From Rikenellaceae bacterium (GTDB lineage Bacteria; Bacteroidota; Bacteroidia; Bacteroidales; Rikenellaceae): 64,000 nucleotides of DNA. A model generated the notes under the pieces. The model ran no database searches, had not been told where the DNA came from, and saw only the letters and a list, made by a program, of their open reading frames with translations. Each line of letters begins with the position of its first letter. Within the stretch, counting starts at the first letter, position 1. This document shows positions 35,095 to 44,492 of this stretch, in pieces. The stretch is taken from contig JAGBFQ010000024.1 of NCBI GenBank assembly GCA_017936385.1, forward strand, positions 4,927-68,926, given 5' to 3'. The translations under genes were made by a program, and so were the position numbers.

Positions 35095-35934
35095 ATGGAT
35101 AAAAATCGAGAAAAACATACACCAAAGCCCCGACCCACGGGACGCAAAAGAGAGCGACTCAAACTGCCCTTCGACAACCGACCGACCGACATCGGCGAAT
35201 GGAGCTATGACAATCGACGCGGATTGCTCATAACCATCATTGCCTACCTGCTGTTGGCCATCGCCTTCGTAAGTTCCAAAGTCACCGTAACATCAAAACA
35301 TGCCGACCAATTCATGGTCGTTGATTTACAAACACTTGCCGAACTGCAAAAGCAAAAAGAACAACTCGAAGAGCAGGTTAAGGAGCGTCAACAAAACCTC
35401 GACGACATGAGCGACGTGCGCAACCGCATATCGAACCAGGAGGCCGAAGAGCGCGAGATGGATAATCGCCTGCGTGACGACCGAAGTACCGACATGGAAA
35501 AACTCACAGCCGATGCCCAACGTGCCCAAGAGCGTATGCGTGCCAACCGCGAACGTTACGAGCAAGGGCTGGCTGACGAACAGGCCATGCGCCGTAAGCC
35601 CGAGAAGGCTCAATCGGAGCCCTCCAATGCCCCATCGTCCAAAGTCAAGGGGCGTGTGACGGCATCGTATTCGTTCCGTAACCCCGTGCGCACGGCTCAA
35701 TACCTCGACATCCCGGCCTATCGTTGCGAGAATGGCGGCGAGGTGATTGTAAACGTAACCATCAATCGTAATGGTGATGTGATGGCGGCATCGGTCGACA
35801 AAGGTCGTTCGGCACCCGACGAGTGTATGTGGGAAACCGCTCTCGAATCGACCCACAAGTCACGATTCAACATCGATACCTCAGCTCCCGACCGACAAAC
35901 GGGAACCATAACCTACATGTTCATTCCGCAATAA
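35095..35934 (+). CDS. membrane-anchored protein with coiled coil and TonB C-terminal-like domain
   Basis: 279 aa from the internal Met (MDKNREKH). One TM helix, a charged coiled coil, and a C-terminus GGEVIVNVTINRNGDVMAASV...ALESTHKSRFN...GTITYMF that resembles the TonB_C fold. Confidence 0.55.
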   Translation: MDKNREKHTPKPRPTGRKRERLKLPFDNRPTDIGEWSYDNRRGLLITIIAYLLLAIAFVSSKVTVTSKHADQFMVVDLQTLAELQKQKEQLEEQVKERQQNLDDMSDVRNRISNQEAEEREMDNRLRDDRSTDMEKLTADAQRAQERMRANRERYEQGLADEQAMRRKPEKAQSEPSNAPSSKVKGRVTASYSFRNPVRTAQYLDIPAYRCENGGEVIVNVTINRNGDVMAASVDKGRSAPDECMWETALESTHKSRFNIDTSAPDRQTGTITYMFIPQ

Positions 35935-36009
35935 GACGGCGAGCAATAAAACTCTCTCAAGCGCGTTGTTCCCCTGAGAGAGCACATAAAACAGAAAAAC
36001 ACAAGGAAT

Positions 36010-37497
36010 ATGTTAACAAATAGTATCATATTAGTCTTCGCAGTGGTCATGCTGAGTGCGATTCTGGTCAGTCAGGCCGGAGCCAAATTCGGCGTTCCTT
36101 CGCTGCTTCTGTTCTTGATGGTGGGCATGGCCTTCGGAACAGATGGCTACGGTTTGGAATTCAATAGTTCACTGTTGGCTCAATTCATCGGAATGATAGC
36201 CCTGTCGATTATTCTGTTCTCGGGCGGACTCGATACAAAATTCACCGACATACGCCCCGTACTCGCTCAAGGCTCCATTCTGGCAACCATTGGGGTGGTG
36301 ATGATGGCCTTCGTGACGGGAGGTTTCATTTACCTTGCAAGCGTGGTTTTCAATCTCGGGCTGTCGTTCACCGAATCACTGCTGATGGCCTCCATCATGT
36401 CGTCGACCGATTCGGCATCGGTGTTCTCGATGCTGGGCAACAGCCGCGGACTCAAACACAATCTCAAACCGCTGCTGGAGTTCGAAAGTGGCAGTAACGA
36501 CCCTATGGCTGTAATTATGACCGTCATCGTGTTGGATATGGTGGTTGGCGACACCGAAGTTGGCGCATGGAGCACCGTTTTCAAATTGGTGAGCCAAATC
36601 GCCATCGGTTTTGCGTCAGGTGTGCTGTGTGGCAAGGCCATTGTGTGGACACTCAATAAAGCAAAGGTGAGCAACACCTCGCTCAGTTCTATCATGTTGT
36701 TGTCGTTCGTATTCATCACCTTCTCGATTACCGACTTGATAAAAGGCAACGGCTATCTGGCTGTATACATCGCAGGCATGGTGATTGGCAACACCCACAA
36801 CGTATTCGGCCGCAAGGGGTTAGCCAAGTCATTAGACGGTTACACATGGCTGGTTCAAATTGTAATGTTTATCTCGTTGGGTCTGTTGGTGACACCGCAC
36901 AAACTGATTGAACCTCAAACCGCTCTGTTGGGTGTGGCCGTAGGTCTGTTTATGATTATTATAGCTCGCCCGCTCACGGTATTCGTTTGCTTGGCCCCAT
37001 TCCGCGACATGCCACGCAAAGCAAAACTCTACGCCAGCTGGGTGGGATTGCGCGGAGCCGTACCCATCATCCTTGCCACCTATCCGCTGGTAGCGGTTAA
37101 CAGAGGTTTCGACCCGGAGGTTGCCGATATGATTTTTAATGTGGTATTCTTTATCACAATTCTGTCGTTGGCGCTGCAAGGTTCGACGGTCAACTACATG
37201 GCCGACAAGCTGGGACTTTCGACCCCCATGCGAGGCGACAGTTTCGGTATCGACCTACCCGACAATATCAAGGCAGCACTAACGGAACTCGATGTAACTG
37301 AGTCATTTCTGGCAGGCGGTGCAACCATGCGCGAAGTGACCTTGCCCGAACACACCCTGGTGCTGTTTGTCAAACGTGGCGACCGCTACATTGTTCCCAA
37401 AGGAGGTACCCGTTTGGCCGTCGGTGACGTACTATTGTTGGTGTGGGATGACGATAGCGATATAAACGAACAACTCAAAGAGTTGGAGATAATGTGA
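36010..37497 (+). CDS. cation:proton antiporter (CPA1, NhaP2-type) with C-terminal TrkA_C-like domain
   Basis: 495 aa. About 12 TM helices with Na/H-exchanger-like composition and a soluble tail LPEHTLVLFVKRGDRYIVPKGGTRLAVGDVLLLV. Confidence 0.8.
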   Translation: MLTNSIILVFAVVMLSAILVSQAGAKFGVPSLLLFLMVGMAFGTDGYGLEFNSSLLAQFIGMIALSIILFSGGLDTKFTDIRPVLAQGSILATIGVVMMAFVTGGFIYLASVVFNLGLSFTESLLMASIMSSTDSASVFSMLGNSRGLKHNLKPLLEFESGSNDPMAVIMTVIVLDMVVGDTEVGAWSTVFKLVSQIAIGFASGVLCGKAIVWTLNKAKVSNTSLSSIMLLSFVFITFSITDLIKGNGYLAVYIAGMVIGNTHNVFGRKGLAKSLDGYTWLVQIVMFISLGLLVTPHKLIEPQTALLGVAVGLFMIIIARPLTVFVCLAPFRDMPRKAKLYASWVGLRGAVPIILATYPLVAVNRGFDPEVADMIFNVVFFITILSLALQGSTVNYMADKLGLSTPMRGDSFGIDLPDNIKAALTELDVTESFLAGGATMREVTLPEHTLVLFVKRGDRYIVPKGGTRLAVGDVLLLVWDDDSDINEQLKELEIM

Positions 37498-37538
37498 TAA
37501 AATTGTAACTTTGCGGCGTATTGATAACTTTTGGATAA

Positions 37539-38624
37539 ATGAAGAAATTTTTAGCCGCATGTGCAATCCTCCTGTGTGTCGGTATGACAACCAGAGCACA
37601 AACCTTTGAATGGGACGTCCACTTCCAAACCCGATTCGACAACCGCGAAAACGAAAAAGTACCTTTGGCCAAATCACGAACCATCTTTGGTTCGGTACTA
37701 TCGCCCACCATTGGTGTGGCTTGGGGCGAAGGAAGCCGCTTTATGGCCGGTGTCGAACTTATGAGCGAATTTGGAGCCGAAAAATTGCTCAACACCCCGC
37801 AACCTATTGCCTATTATAGCTACAAAGACGAGCACTTCGGAGCCTATGCAGGTATCTTCCACCGCTCGAATATGATTGGTTCGTATGCCAATACCATCTT
37901 CTCGTCGAGCTACACCTTCTACAACCAACTGCTGCACGGTACACTGCTCCAATACAAGGGCAAGTATGGCAAATTGGAGTTGGGTCTGGATTGGGACGGC
38001 AAGTACGAGGCCGACACTCCGAATCGTGAGGCGTTCCGTGTATTCTCGGCCGGTCGTTTCGAAATTCCGTTCTTCTTTGCCGGTTATAGTTTCCACATGT
38101 ACCACCTGGCAAGTAGTGGCACAGGCATAAAAGGCGTGTGCGACAACATCATCGCCTACCCCTACGTGGGTGTTAACTTCGCCTCGGCTCTGCCCCTCGA
38201 CAAATTCTACATTCAGTTGGGATGGCAACAATCGGCTCAACGCGACCGCAAAGCCAGCTCGGAATTCATGTTGCCCAATGGTGGTGAAGTCGAATTCCGC
38301 ATCGAGAAATGGGGCGTCGGACTGCTCGACATCTTCTACTATGGCGACAACCTTCTGCCTCTGTACGGCATCAGCGGTCTGTATTCGTGCGAGCCTCTGT
38401 ACCAAGCGCCTTACGGAATTCTCAACCACGCCGAAATCTACTATACGGCTGTAAAACGCAACGGTATCAACCTCAAGTTCCAACTCAAATTCAAAACCGA
38501 TGGCAAACACCTCGGCATGGAACAGGTTGCCAATCTGGTCATCAATCTCAACAATAAACAATTCGGTCAGGAAATCACATTTGGCCGTAAACGCGACGCC
38601 GTTAAGAGCCAAACACTGAACTAA
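37539..38624 (+). CDS. hypothetical outer-membrane beta-barrel-like protein
   Basis: 361 aa. Signal peptide MKKFLAACAILLCVGMTTRAQ, alternating aromatic/Gly beta-strand pattern and a C-terminal aromatic-rich region. No named family recognised. Confidence 0.5.
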   Translation: MKKFLAACAILLCVGMTTRAQTFEWDVHFQTRFDNRENEKVPLAKSRTIFGSVLSPTIGVAWGEGSRFMAGVELMSEFGAEKLLNTPQPIAYYSYKDEHFGAYAGIFHRSNMIGSYANTIFSSSYTFYNQLLHGTLLQYKGKYGKLELGLDWDGKYEADTPNREAFRVFSAGRFEIPFFFAGYSFHMYHLASSGTGIKGVCDNIIAYPYVGVNFASALPLDKFYIQLGWQQSAQRDRKASSEFMLPNGGEVEFRIEKWGVGLLDIFYYGDNLLPLYGISGLYSCEPLYQAPYGILNHAEIYYTAVKRNGINLKFQLKFKTDGKHLGMEQVANLVINLNNKQFGQEITFGRKRDAVKSQTLN

Positions 38625-38649
38625 TAAACGCCCAAAGTCACACCCGCCG

Positions 38650-39162
38650 ATGAAACGCCTGCTTGTCATAACACTCCTTGCAACCCTCTGTTGTGAGCTT
38701 TCGGCCCAATCTTTGAAGATTGGCAGCAAGGCCCCCAAGACGGAATCTTTTGTGTGGCTCACAACGTACCCCTTAACAAAGAAACGAACCACTCTTGTGG
38801 AGTTCTTTCACTCGTCGAACAGAAGTTGCACCGACCGAATCCAACTGCTCGAACAATTGGCCTCACAACACGCCGACTCATTGAACGTGATTGTGATTGT
38901 GCGAGGTGACGACCAACGAGGACACCAAATGTTGATAAACGGCGAGCAACACTACCACGTGGCACAACTCTCGCCACGAGCCATGAGAAGCATGGGCGTC
39001 AGATACGTTCCGTATGCTTACGTCACATGCCCCAAACGCCGAACCTTGTGGTGCGGCAACCCCGTTTTTCTGGAACACGAAACTTTGAAAATATTAATCA
39101 GCGACGGAAAATACCATGACAGACCACTACGAAAAGCAGCATCGGGCCGAACACGCCGATAG
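38650..39162 (+). CDS. thioredoxin-fold (TlpA-like) exported protein with degenerate CxxC
   Basis: 170 aa. Signal peptide, G-x-x-AP-like start (IGSKAPK), LVEFFHSSNRSC in place of FWASWCxPC, and a late VPYAYV motif. The 3-prime end overlaps the longest meaB ORF. Confidence 0.45.
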   Translation: MKRLLVITLLATLCCELSAQSLKIGSKAPKTESFVWLTTYPLTKKRTTLVEFFHSSNRSCTDRIQLLEQLASQHADSLNVIVIVRGDDQRGHQMLINGEQHYHVAQLSPRAMRSMGVRYVPYAYVTCPKRRTLWCGNPVFLEHETLKILISDGKYHDRPLRKAASGRTRR

Positions 39163-40216
39163 TGCCTTGGATGTGATGGCGGGTGTGAGCAATCAACCCG
39201 TAACCAACCCCTATTTTGTGCGCAAACGCCGACCGACTCTCTCGACCGACCAATATGTCGACGGAATCCTCGGCGGTGACGTTACCGTGTTGTCGCAGGC
39301 CATAACCCTGGTCGAGAGCAACAACCCGGCGCACTATGCACAAGCACAGGAAATCATCGAACGCTGCCTGCCCTATGCCGGCAAATCCATCCGTATCGGA
39401 ATCACAGGAGTGCCGGGTGCAGGTAAATCAACCTTCATCGAGGCTGTTGGCGGAATGGTGGTCGACAAGGGACACAAACTTGCAGTGCTGGCTATCGACC
39501 CGAGTTCGGAACGCAGCAAGGGTTCGATTCTTGGTGACAAGACCCGTATGGTAAGCCTTTCGGCGAACTCCAAAGTGTTCATTCGCCCCTCGCCGTCGGC
39601 AGGCTCTTTAGGCGGCGTGGCACGCAAAAGCCGCGAAACAATGATTCTGTGTGAGGCAGCAGGCTTCGACGTTATTTTTATCGAAACGGTGGGCGTTGGC
39701 CAGAGCGAAACGGCTGTTCACTCGATGGTAGACATCTTCATGTTGTTGCAAATTGCCGGTGCAGGCGACGAACTACAAGGTATCAAACGAGGTATTATGG
39801 AGATGGCCGACCTGATGGTAATCACCAAAGCCGAAGGCGAAAACCTGCATCGTGCAGAGTTGGCCAGACGACAATTTGCCAATGCGCTGATGTTGTTCCC
39901 GTTGAGCGAGTCGGAGTGGCGTCCTCAGGTATTCTGCTGTTCGTCGGTTCAGAAGACCGGCTTGGAGGAGGTATGGACGGGCGTCGAGGAGTTCATCATG
40001 TATGTCAAACGCAACGGATTCTTCCACCGCAATCGCCATAACCAAAACCGCTATTGGATGCGCGAAACAATCAACGAAACGCTGCGCAACAGTTTCTTCC
40101 AAGACCCCGAAATCGAGCGCGAAATGGCCGAATGCGAACAATTGGTCAAGGAGGATAAGATGAGTTCGTTCGTGGCGGCCAAACGACTGCTCGACATCTA
40201 CTTTGCCAAGAAGTAA
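39116..40216 (+). CDS. meaB: methylmalonyl-CoA mutase-associated GTPase MeaB/ArgK
   Basis: P-loop GVPGAGKST plus the DPSS and ETVGVGQSE motifs. The start may instead be the Met at 39176, which would remove the overlap with the upstream ORF. Confidence 0.9.
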   Translation: MTDHYEKQHRAEHADSALDVMAGVSNQPVTNPYFVRKRRPTLSTDQYVDGILGGDVTVLSQAITLVESNNPAHYAQAQEIIERCLPYAGKSIRIGITGVPGAGKSTFIEAVGGMVVDKGHKLAVLAIDPSSERSKGSILGDKTRMVSLSANSKVFIRPSPSAGSLGGVARKSRETMILCEAAGFDVIFIETVGVGQSETAVHSMVDIFMLLQIAGAGDELQGIKRGIMEMADLMVITKAEGENLHRAELARRQFANALMLFPLSESEWRPQVFCCSSVQKTGLEEVWTGVEEFIMYVKRNGFFHRNRHNQNRYWMRETINETLRNSFFQDPEIEREMAECEQLVKEDKMSSFVAAKRLLDIYFAKK

Positions 40217-40268
40217 CATTTAACAAAAACATCTACTTGAAGTATAATCAACTAAAACCCAAAACAAA

Positions 40269-41960
40269 GTGAAACTGCAATTAGACTTTCAACCTAAATT
40301 GTTCACTAAACTGCGCGGTTACAACCGACAAACCTTTGTCAGCGACCTTATTGCAGGTCTGATTGTCGGTATTGTGGCTCTGCCTCTGGCCATCGCGTTC
40401 GGTATCGCCAGCGGTGTAAGCCCCGTGCAAGGACTTATCACGGCCATCATCGGCGGATTCATCGTATCGCTGCTGGGCGGTTCGAGCGTCCAAATCGGCG
40501 GACCCACGGGAGCGTTTATCGTCATCGTGGCAGGCGTTATTGCCGAGTTCGGCCTGGGCGGTCTGATGATTGCCACCATTATGGCAGGTATTATTTTGGT
40601 ACTGATGGGAGTGTTCAAACTCGGAGTGGTCATCAAGTTCATTCCCTACCCCATCGTTGTTGGATTCACGGGCGGTATTGCGCTTACAATCTTCACAACA
40701 CAAATCAAAGACCTGACGGGTATGAGTATCGAAAGCGTGCCCGCAGACTTTCTGTCGAAGTGGGCCTGCTACTTCCAAAACTTGGGTAGCATCGACCCGT
40801 GGGCTCTCGGTATCGGCTTGGTGAGCATTGTCATCATCGCTTTAACGCCCATGATTTCACACAAGATTCCCGGTTCGCTGGTAGCCATCGTGCTGATGAC
40901 CGTGGTGACGATTTGCCTTGAAAAGTGGGCAGGCGTAAGCGTCGAAACCATCGGACAACGCTTTCCCGAAATCACCTCGGGATTCAGCTTTGCCGACCTC
41001 AAACCCACAGGTATCGACATCAATTTCAGCCAGCTGTCGCCGCTTATTTCGGTGGCCTTCACTATCGCCATTTTGGGTGCTATCGAGTCGCTGCTGTCGG
41101 CTACCGTGGCCGATGGTGTGACGGGCGGACACCACAATGCCAACACCGAGCTGATTGGCCAAGGCGTAGCTAACATTTTGGTTCCATTCTTCGGCGGAAT
41201 CCCCGTTACGGGAGCCATCGCGCGTACCATGACCAACATCAACAATGGCGGTAAAACCCCCGTTGCAGGTCTGATTCACGCCGTGGTTCTGCTGCTCATC
41301 CTGCTGTTCCTCACCCCGCTGATTGTACACATTCCGATGGCTTGTTTGGCAGGTGTACTCGTTGTGGTATCGTACAATATGAGCGGCTGGCGTACCATTC
41401 GTTCGCTGATGCGCGCACCTAAAAGCGACATTGCTGTGCTGTTCACCACGATGATTCTTACCGTGGTGTTCGACCTTACAATTGCCATCGAAATCGGTCT
41501 GTTGCTGGCAGTTATTCTGTTTATGAAACGACTGATGGAGACCACCAAAATTTCGGTTGTCACCGAGGAGATTGACTTGGCAAAAGGAACCGACAACTCG
41601 CATCACGAACGTCTGAATGTGGCCGAAGGTGTCGAGGTTTATGAGATTGACGGTCCGTATTTCTTTGGCGTAGCCACCAAGTTCGACGAGGTTATGCGTA
41701 ATCTGGAGCCTCAACCCAAGGCTCGAATCATCCGTATGCGTCGTGTGCCGTTCATTGATTCGACTGGTCTGCACAATCTTGAGATATTGGTTGAGTCGTC
41801 GCACAAACGCGGCATCGAGGTTATTCTGTCGGGTGTAGGCAGTGGCGTTCGCACCACGCTGGAGCACGCCAAGTTCGACAAACTCGTGGGTAAAGAGAAC
41901 ATCTGTTCGAACATCCAAATGGCTGTTGAGCGTGCCAACGCGATTGTTGGTAAGGCTTAG
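40269..41960 (+). CDS. SulP-family anion permease with C-terminal STAS domain
   Basis: 563 aa with a GTG start. Multi-TM SulP core and a STAS tail (RIIRMRRVPFIDSTGLHNLEILV). Confidence 0.9.
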   Translation: MKLQLDFQPKLFTKLRGYNRQTFVSDLIAGLIVGIVALPLAIAFGIASGVSPVQGLITAIIGGFIVSLLGGSSVQIGGPTGAFIVIVAGVIAEFGLGGLMIATIMAGIILVLMGVFKLGVVIKFIPYPIVVGFTGGIALTIFTTQIKDLTGMSIESVPADFLSKWACYFQNLGSIDPWALGIGLVSIVIIALTPMISHKIPGSLVAIVLMTVVTICLEKWAGVSVETIGQRFPEITSGFSFADLKPTGIDINFSQLSPLISVAFTIAILGAIESLLSATVADGVTGGHHNANTELIGQGVANILVPFFGGIPVTGAIARTMTNINNGGKTPVAGLIHAVVLLLILLFLTPLIVHIPMACLAGVLVVVSYNMSGWRTIRSLMRAPKSDIAVLFTTMILTVVFDLTIAIEIGLLLAVILFMKRLMETTKISVVTEEIDLAKGTDNSHHERLNVAEGVEVYEIDGPYFFGVATKFDEVMRNLEPQPKARIIRMRRVPFIDSTGLHNLEILVESSHKRGIEVILSGVGSGVRTTLEHAKFDKLVGKENICSNIQMAVERANAIVGKA

Positions 41961-41984
41961 AGCGAGCCTTGAGATTTACAAAAA

Positions 41985-42017
41985 ATGGCTGTCGAAATCT
42001 TTCGACAGCCATTTTTT
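41985..42017. terminator. bidirectional rho-independent terminator
   Basis: TGGCTGTCGAAA-TC-TTTCGACAGCCA hairpin flanked by AAAAAA and TTTTTTT, between convergent genes. Confidence 0.85.
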
Positions 42018-43303
42018 TAGTTGCGTGAATTCAGATATTTGTACATCTTATCGAGATTACCATCCCAGATATTGACATCCACTTGAGGTGTGATTCCACC
42101 CACCTTGCCGCTATCGGTAAACTGCCAAACAACCCAATTATCGGGACGTTCGGGCTTACGTCGTCTTTTCAGGTCATGACGTACGTAGCGGGCAATCCAG
42201 AAATCATACTTTTTGAAACGCTTGTCGGTCAGAAAATCGCGGCGATAGGCCGTGTAGGTGTAAATCACGGGGCGCACACCATAGTATGCCTCGATGGCCT
42301 CCAACCATTCAAGACACATCTCTTTGAGGCGCTCTTCTCCTATCTCGGCCACCTTATCGCGGTCGATTTCGACATCCAGCACAGGAGGAAAGTCACCCGG
42401 ATGCCACACCGTGTTACGAATATAGTTGTTCACTTGGTCGGGAATAGTTGAAGTTGTACGCAGGAAGTGATACGAACCTTTGACAAGTCCGTAGGTTTGC
42501 GCCATCTTCACATTTCGACTGTATTGCGGGTCTTGGTAGGTCGCGCCCTCGGTCGATTTCATCAATACGAACCACACGGGTTGCAGGTAGGTGGTATCCT
42601 CGGCACCCACGGGGTAGACCTCGCCACGACGGTTGCAATAGAGTGCCAAGTCGCCCCAAGTTATACTCTTTTGGTGGTGCGACACGTCAATACCATAGAC
42701 CTTATCCCCATACTTGTATTTCATCCCTTCGGGTCGGCAAAGAGAGTCCTGCGCCCAATAGCCGAATTCGAACTTTCGCGTCGAATCATTTTGTTGTCGT
42801 CCCACACCGTGCCGTTGTCCATGGTGCCAACGTCCAGCATAGACATCGTGGTCGCGGTGGCGCATAATGCCCACTCCGTGAGGAATAAAGCCACGGAACG
42901 CACCTTCGTAGCGTGTGGAGTCGGTCACCCACTCTCCATAAATCAGAGAATCGGCCTGCCACGTTCCTTCGAAAACGGCTACGCTGTCGGCATGACACAG
43001 CGAACCTTGTCCATGGCGAAGTCCCTTGTGCCAACGTCCGCGATAGACACTGCCGTCGGGATAAATACATCGACCTCGACCATGAATAGTGTCACACACG
43101 AACTCACCCCGATAGCAAGTTCCATCGACCAAGAGCCACTCACCCCAGCCGTGTTTCTGTCCACGCAACCATTCACCCGTATAACTCGACCCGTCGCGCC
43201 AAATTTTCTCCACCTGTCGCACGGTTGTATAGCGCAGGTACAAACCAACACCCAGCAGGGCTGCCACAGCGACAGCCAATATCGTAATCTTGTTTCTTGT
43301 CAC
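42017..43303 (-). CDS. MORN-repeat / glycoside hydrolase family 25 muramidase
   Basis: 428 aa. N-terminal TM helix, MORN repeats (YTGEWLRGQKHGWGEW, YRGRWHKGLRHGQG) and GH25 motifs GIDVSHHQ, MKSTEG, GSYHF, LDVE. Confidence 0.85.
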   Translation of the reverse strand: MTRNKITILAVAVAALLGVGLYLRYTTVRQVEKIWRDGSSYTGEWLRGQKHGWGEWLLVDGTCYRGEFVCDTIHGRGRCIYPDGSVYRGRWHKGLRHGQGSLCHADSVAVFEGTWQADSLIYGEWVTDSTRYEGAFRGFIPHGVGIMRHRDHDVYAGRWHHGQRHGVGRQQNDSTRKFEFGYWAQDSLCRPEGMKYKYGDKVYGIDVSHHQKSITWGDLALYCNRRGEVYPVGAEDTTYLQPVWFVLMKSTEGATYQDPQYSRNVKMAQTYGLVKGSYHFLRTTSTIPDQVNNYIRNTVWHPGDFPPVLDVEIDRDKVAEIGEERLKEMCLEWLEAIEAYYGVRPVIYTYTAYRRDFLTDKRFKKYDFWIARYVRHDLKRRRKPERPDNWVVWQFTDSGKVGGITPQVDVNIWDGNLDKMYKYLNSRN

Positions 43304-43304
43304 G

Positions 43305-44492
43305 TTAAAACTCTATTTTATCCAGAATACCCGTCAATGCCGCAATCGCCACACCATAGTTGGTAATTGGCACCTCGGCAGCCCGTGCCCGTGCCACGCG
43401 GCTCATCACATGTCGACGGTTGAACATACACGCGCCACAGTGAATAATAAGGTCGTACGAACTGAGGTCATCGGGAAAATCCGCACCACCAACAACATCC
43501 ACGGTCAACGCCTCACCCACCTTTCGGCGCAACATTCGCGGCAATTTCACGCGGCCTATATCTTCGTTTTGAGGTGCGTGAGTGCACGCCTCGACAATCA
43601 GCACACGCGACTGCTCGGTCAGCGCGGCTATCATCTTCGCACCCTCGACAAACTCACCAATATCGCCCTTGTAGCGGGCCATCAGCACCGAGAACGAAGT
43701 TAACTTCGACCCTTCGGGCTTCTGCCGCCACACCGCATCGAACACCTGCGAATCGGTAATAATCAGCCGGGGTGGTTCGGCCAAAGCACTCAATGCTGCG
43801 GCCATATCCTCCGTCGTGCAACACATTGCACGACATCCCCTATCGAGCAACTCGCGCAGGGTTTGCACCTGCGGTTGAATCAATCGTCCTTTGGGCGCTT
43901 GTTTATCTTGAGGCATAACGAGCAGAACGGTATCGCCCGCCTCACAAAAACCTTCGGTCAGCAATCGCGGCTCCTCGGCTCGGCATGCAGCCAAACGACG
44001 ACGCAGTTCATCCATACCCTCTCCCGTCAGCGCGCTTGTGCATACGGGAGCTATCCGCGTGGCCTGCTCTACGCGAACGGCAACACTTTCGGCTTCACCC
44101 ACACGGTCACATCCCGCCACAACCGTTACCACAGCAACTTCACGTTGACGCAGCTCCTCGACCACGGCCAACTCCACGCTCCAATCCTCGCTATCCGCAA
44201 ACAGCACCACAGCAATATCCGTACGGTCCATAACCCGTCGGGTAGCGCGCACACGTTCCGTACCCAGCACCGTATTGTCGTCGAGTCCCGGTGTATCGAC
44301 AAGTGTCACCGCTCCCAAGTCTGGCAACTCCATAGGTTTATTCACGGGGTCGGTGGTTGTTCCTGCGACATTCGACACAAGGGCTACTTGTTGTCCGGTG
44401 AGGGCATTGATTAGCGACGATTTGCCGCTATTGCAACGACCAAAGAAGCCGATATGCAAGCGTTCGGAAGAGGGAGTTTGAGCCATAAACAT
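43305..44492 (-). CDS. hydF: [FeFe]-hydrogenase maturation GTPase HydF
   Basis: G1 motif GRCNSGKSSLINAL, G3 motif DTPG, and C-terminal cluster ligands CTHAPQ...HCGACMF. It sits in a block with hydG and hydE. Confidence 0.85.
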   Translation of the reverse strand: MFMAQTPSSERLHIGFFGRCNSGKSSLINALTGQQVALVSNVAGTTTDPVNKPMELPDLGAVTLVDTPGLDDNTVLGTERVRATRRVMDRTDIAVVLFADSEDWSVELAVVEELRQREVAVVTVVAGCDRVGEAESVAVRVEQATRIAPVCTSALTGEGMDELRRRLAACRAEEPRLLTEGFCEAGDTVLLVMPQDKQAPKGRLIQPQVQTLRELLDRGCRAMCCTTEDMAAALSALAEPPRLIITDSQVFDAVWRQKPEGSKLTSFSVLMARYKGDIGEFVEGAKMIAALTEQSRVLIVEACTHAPQNEDIGRVKLPRMLRRKVGEALTVDVVGGADFPDDLSSYDLIIHCGACMFNRRHVMSRVARARAAEVPITNYGVAIAALTGILDKIEF

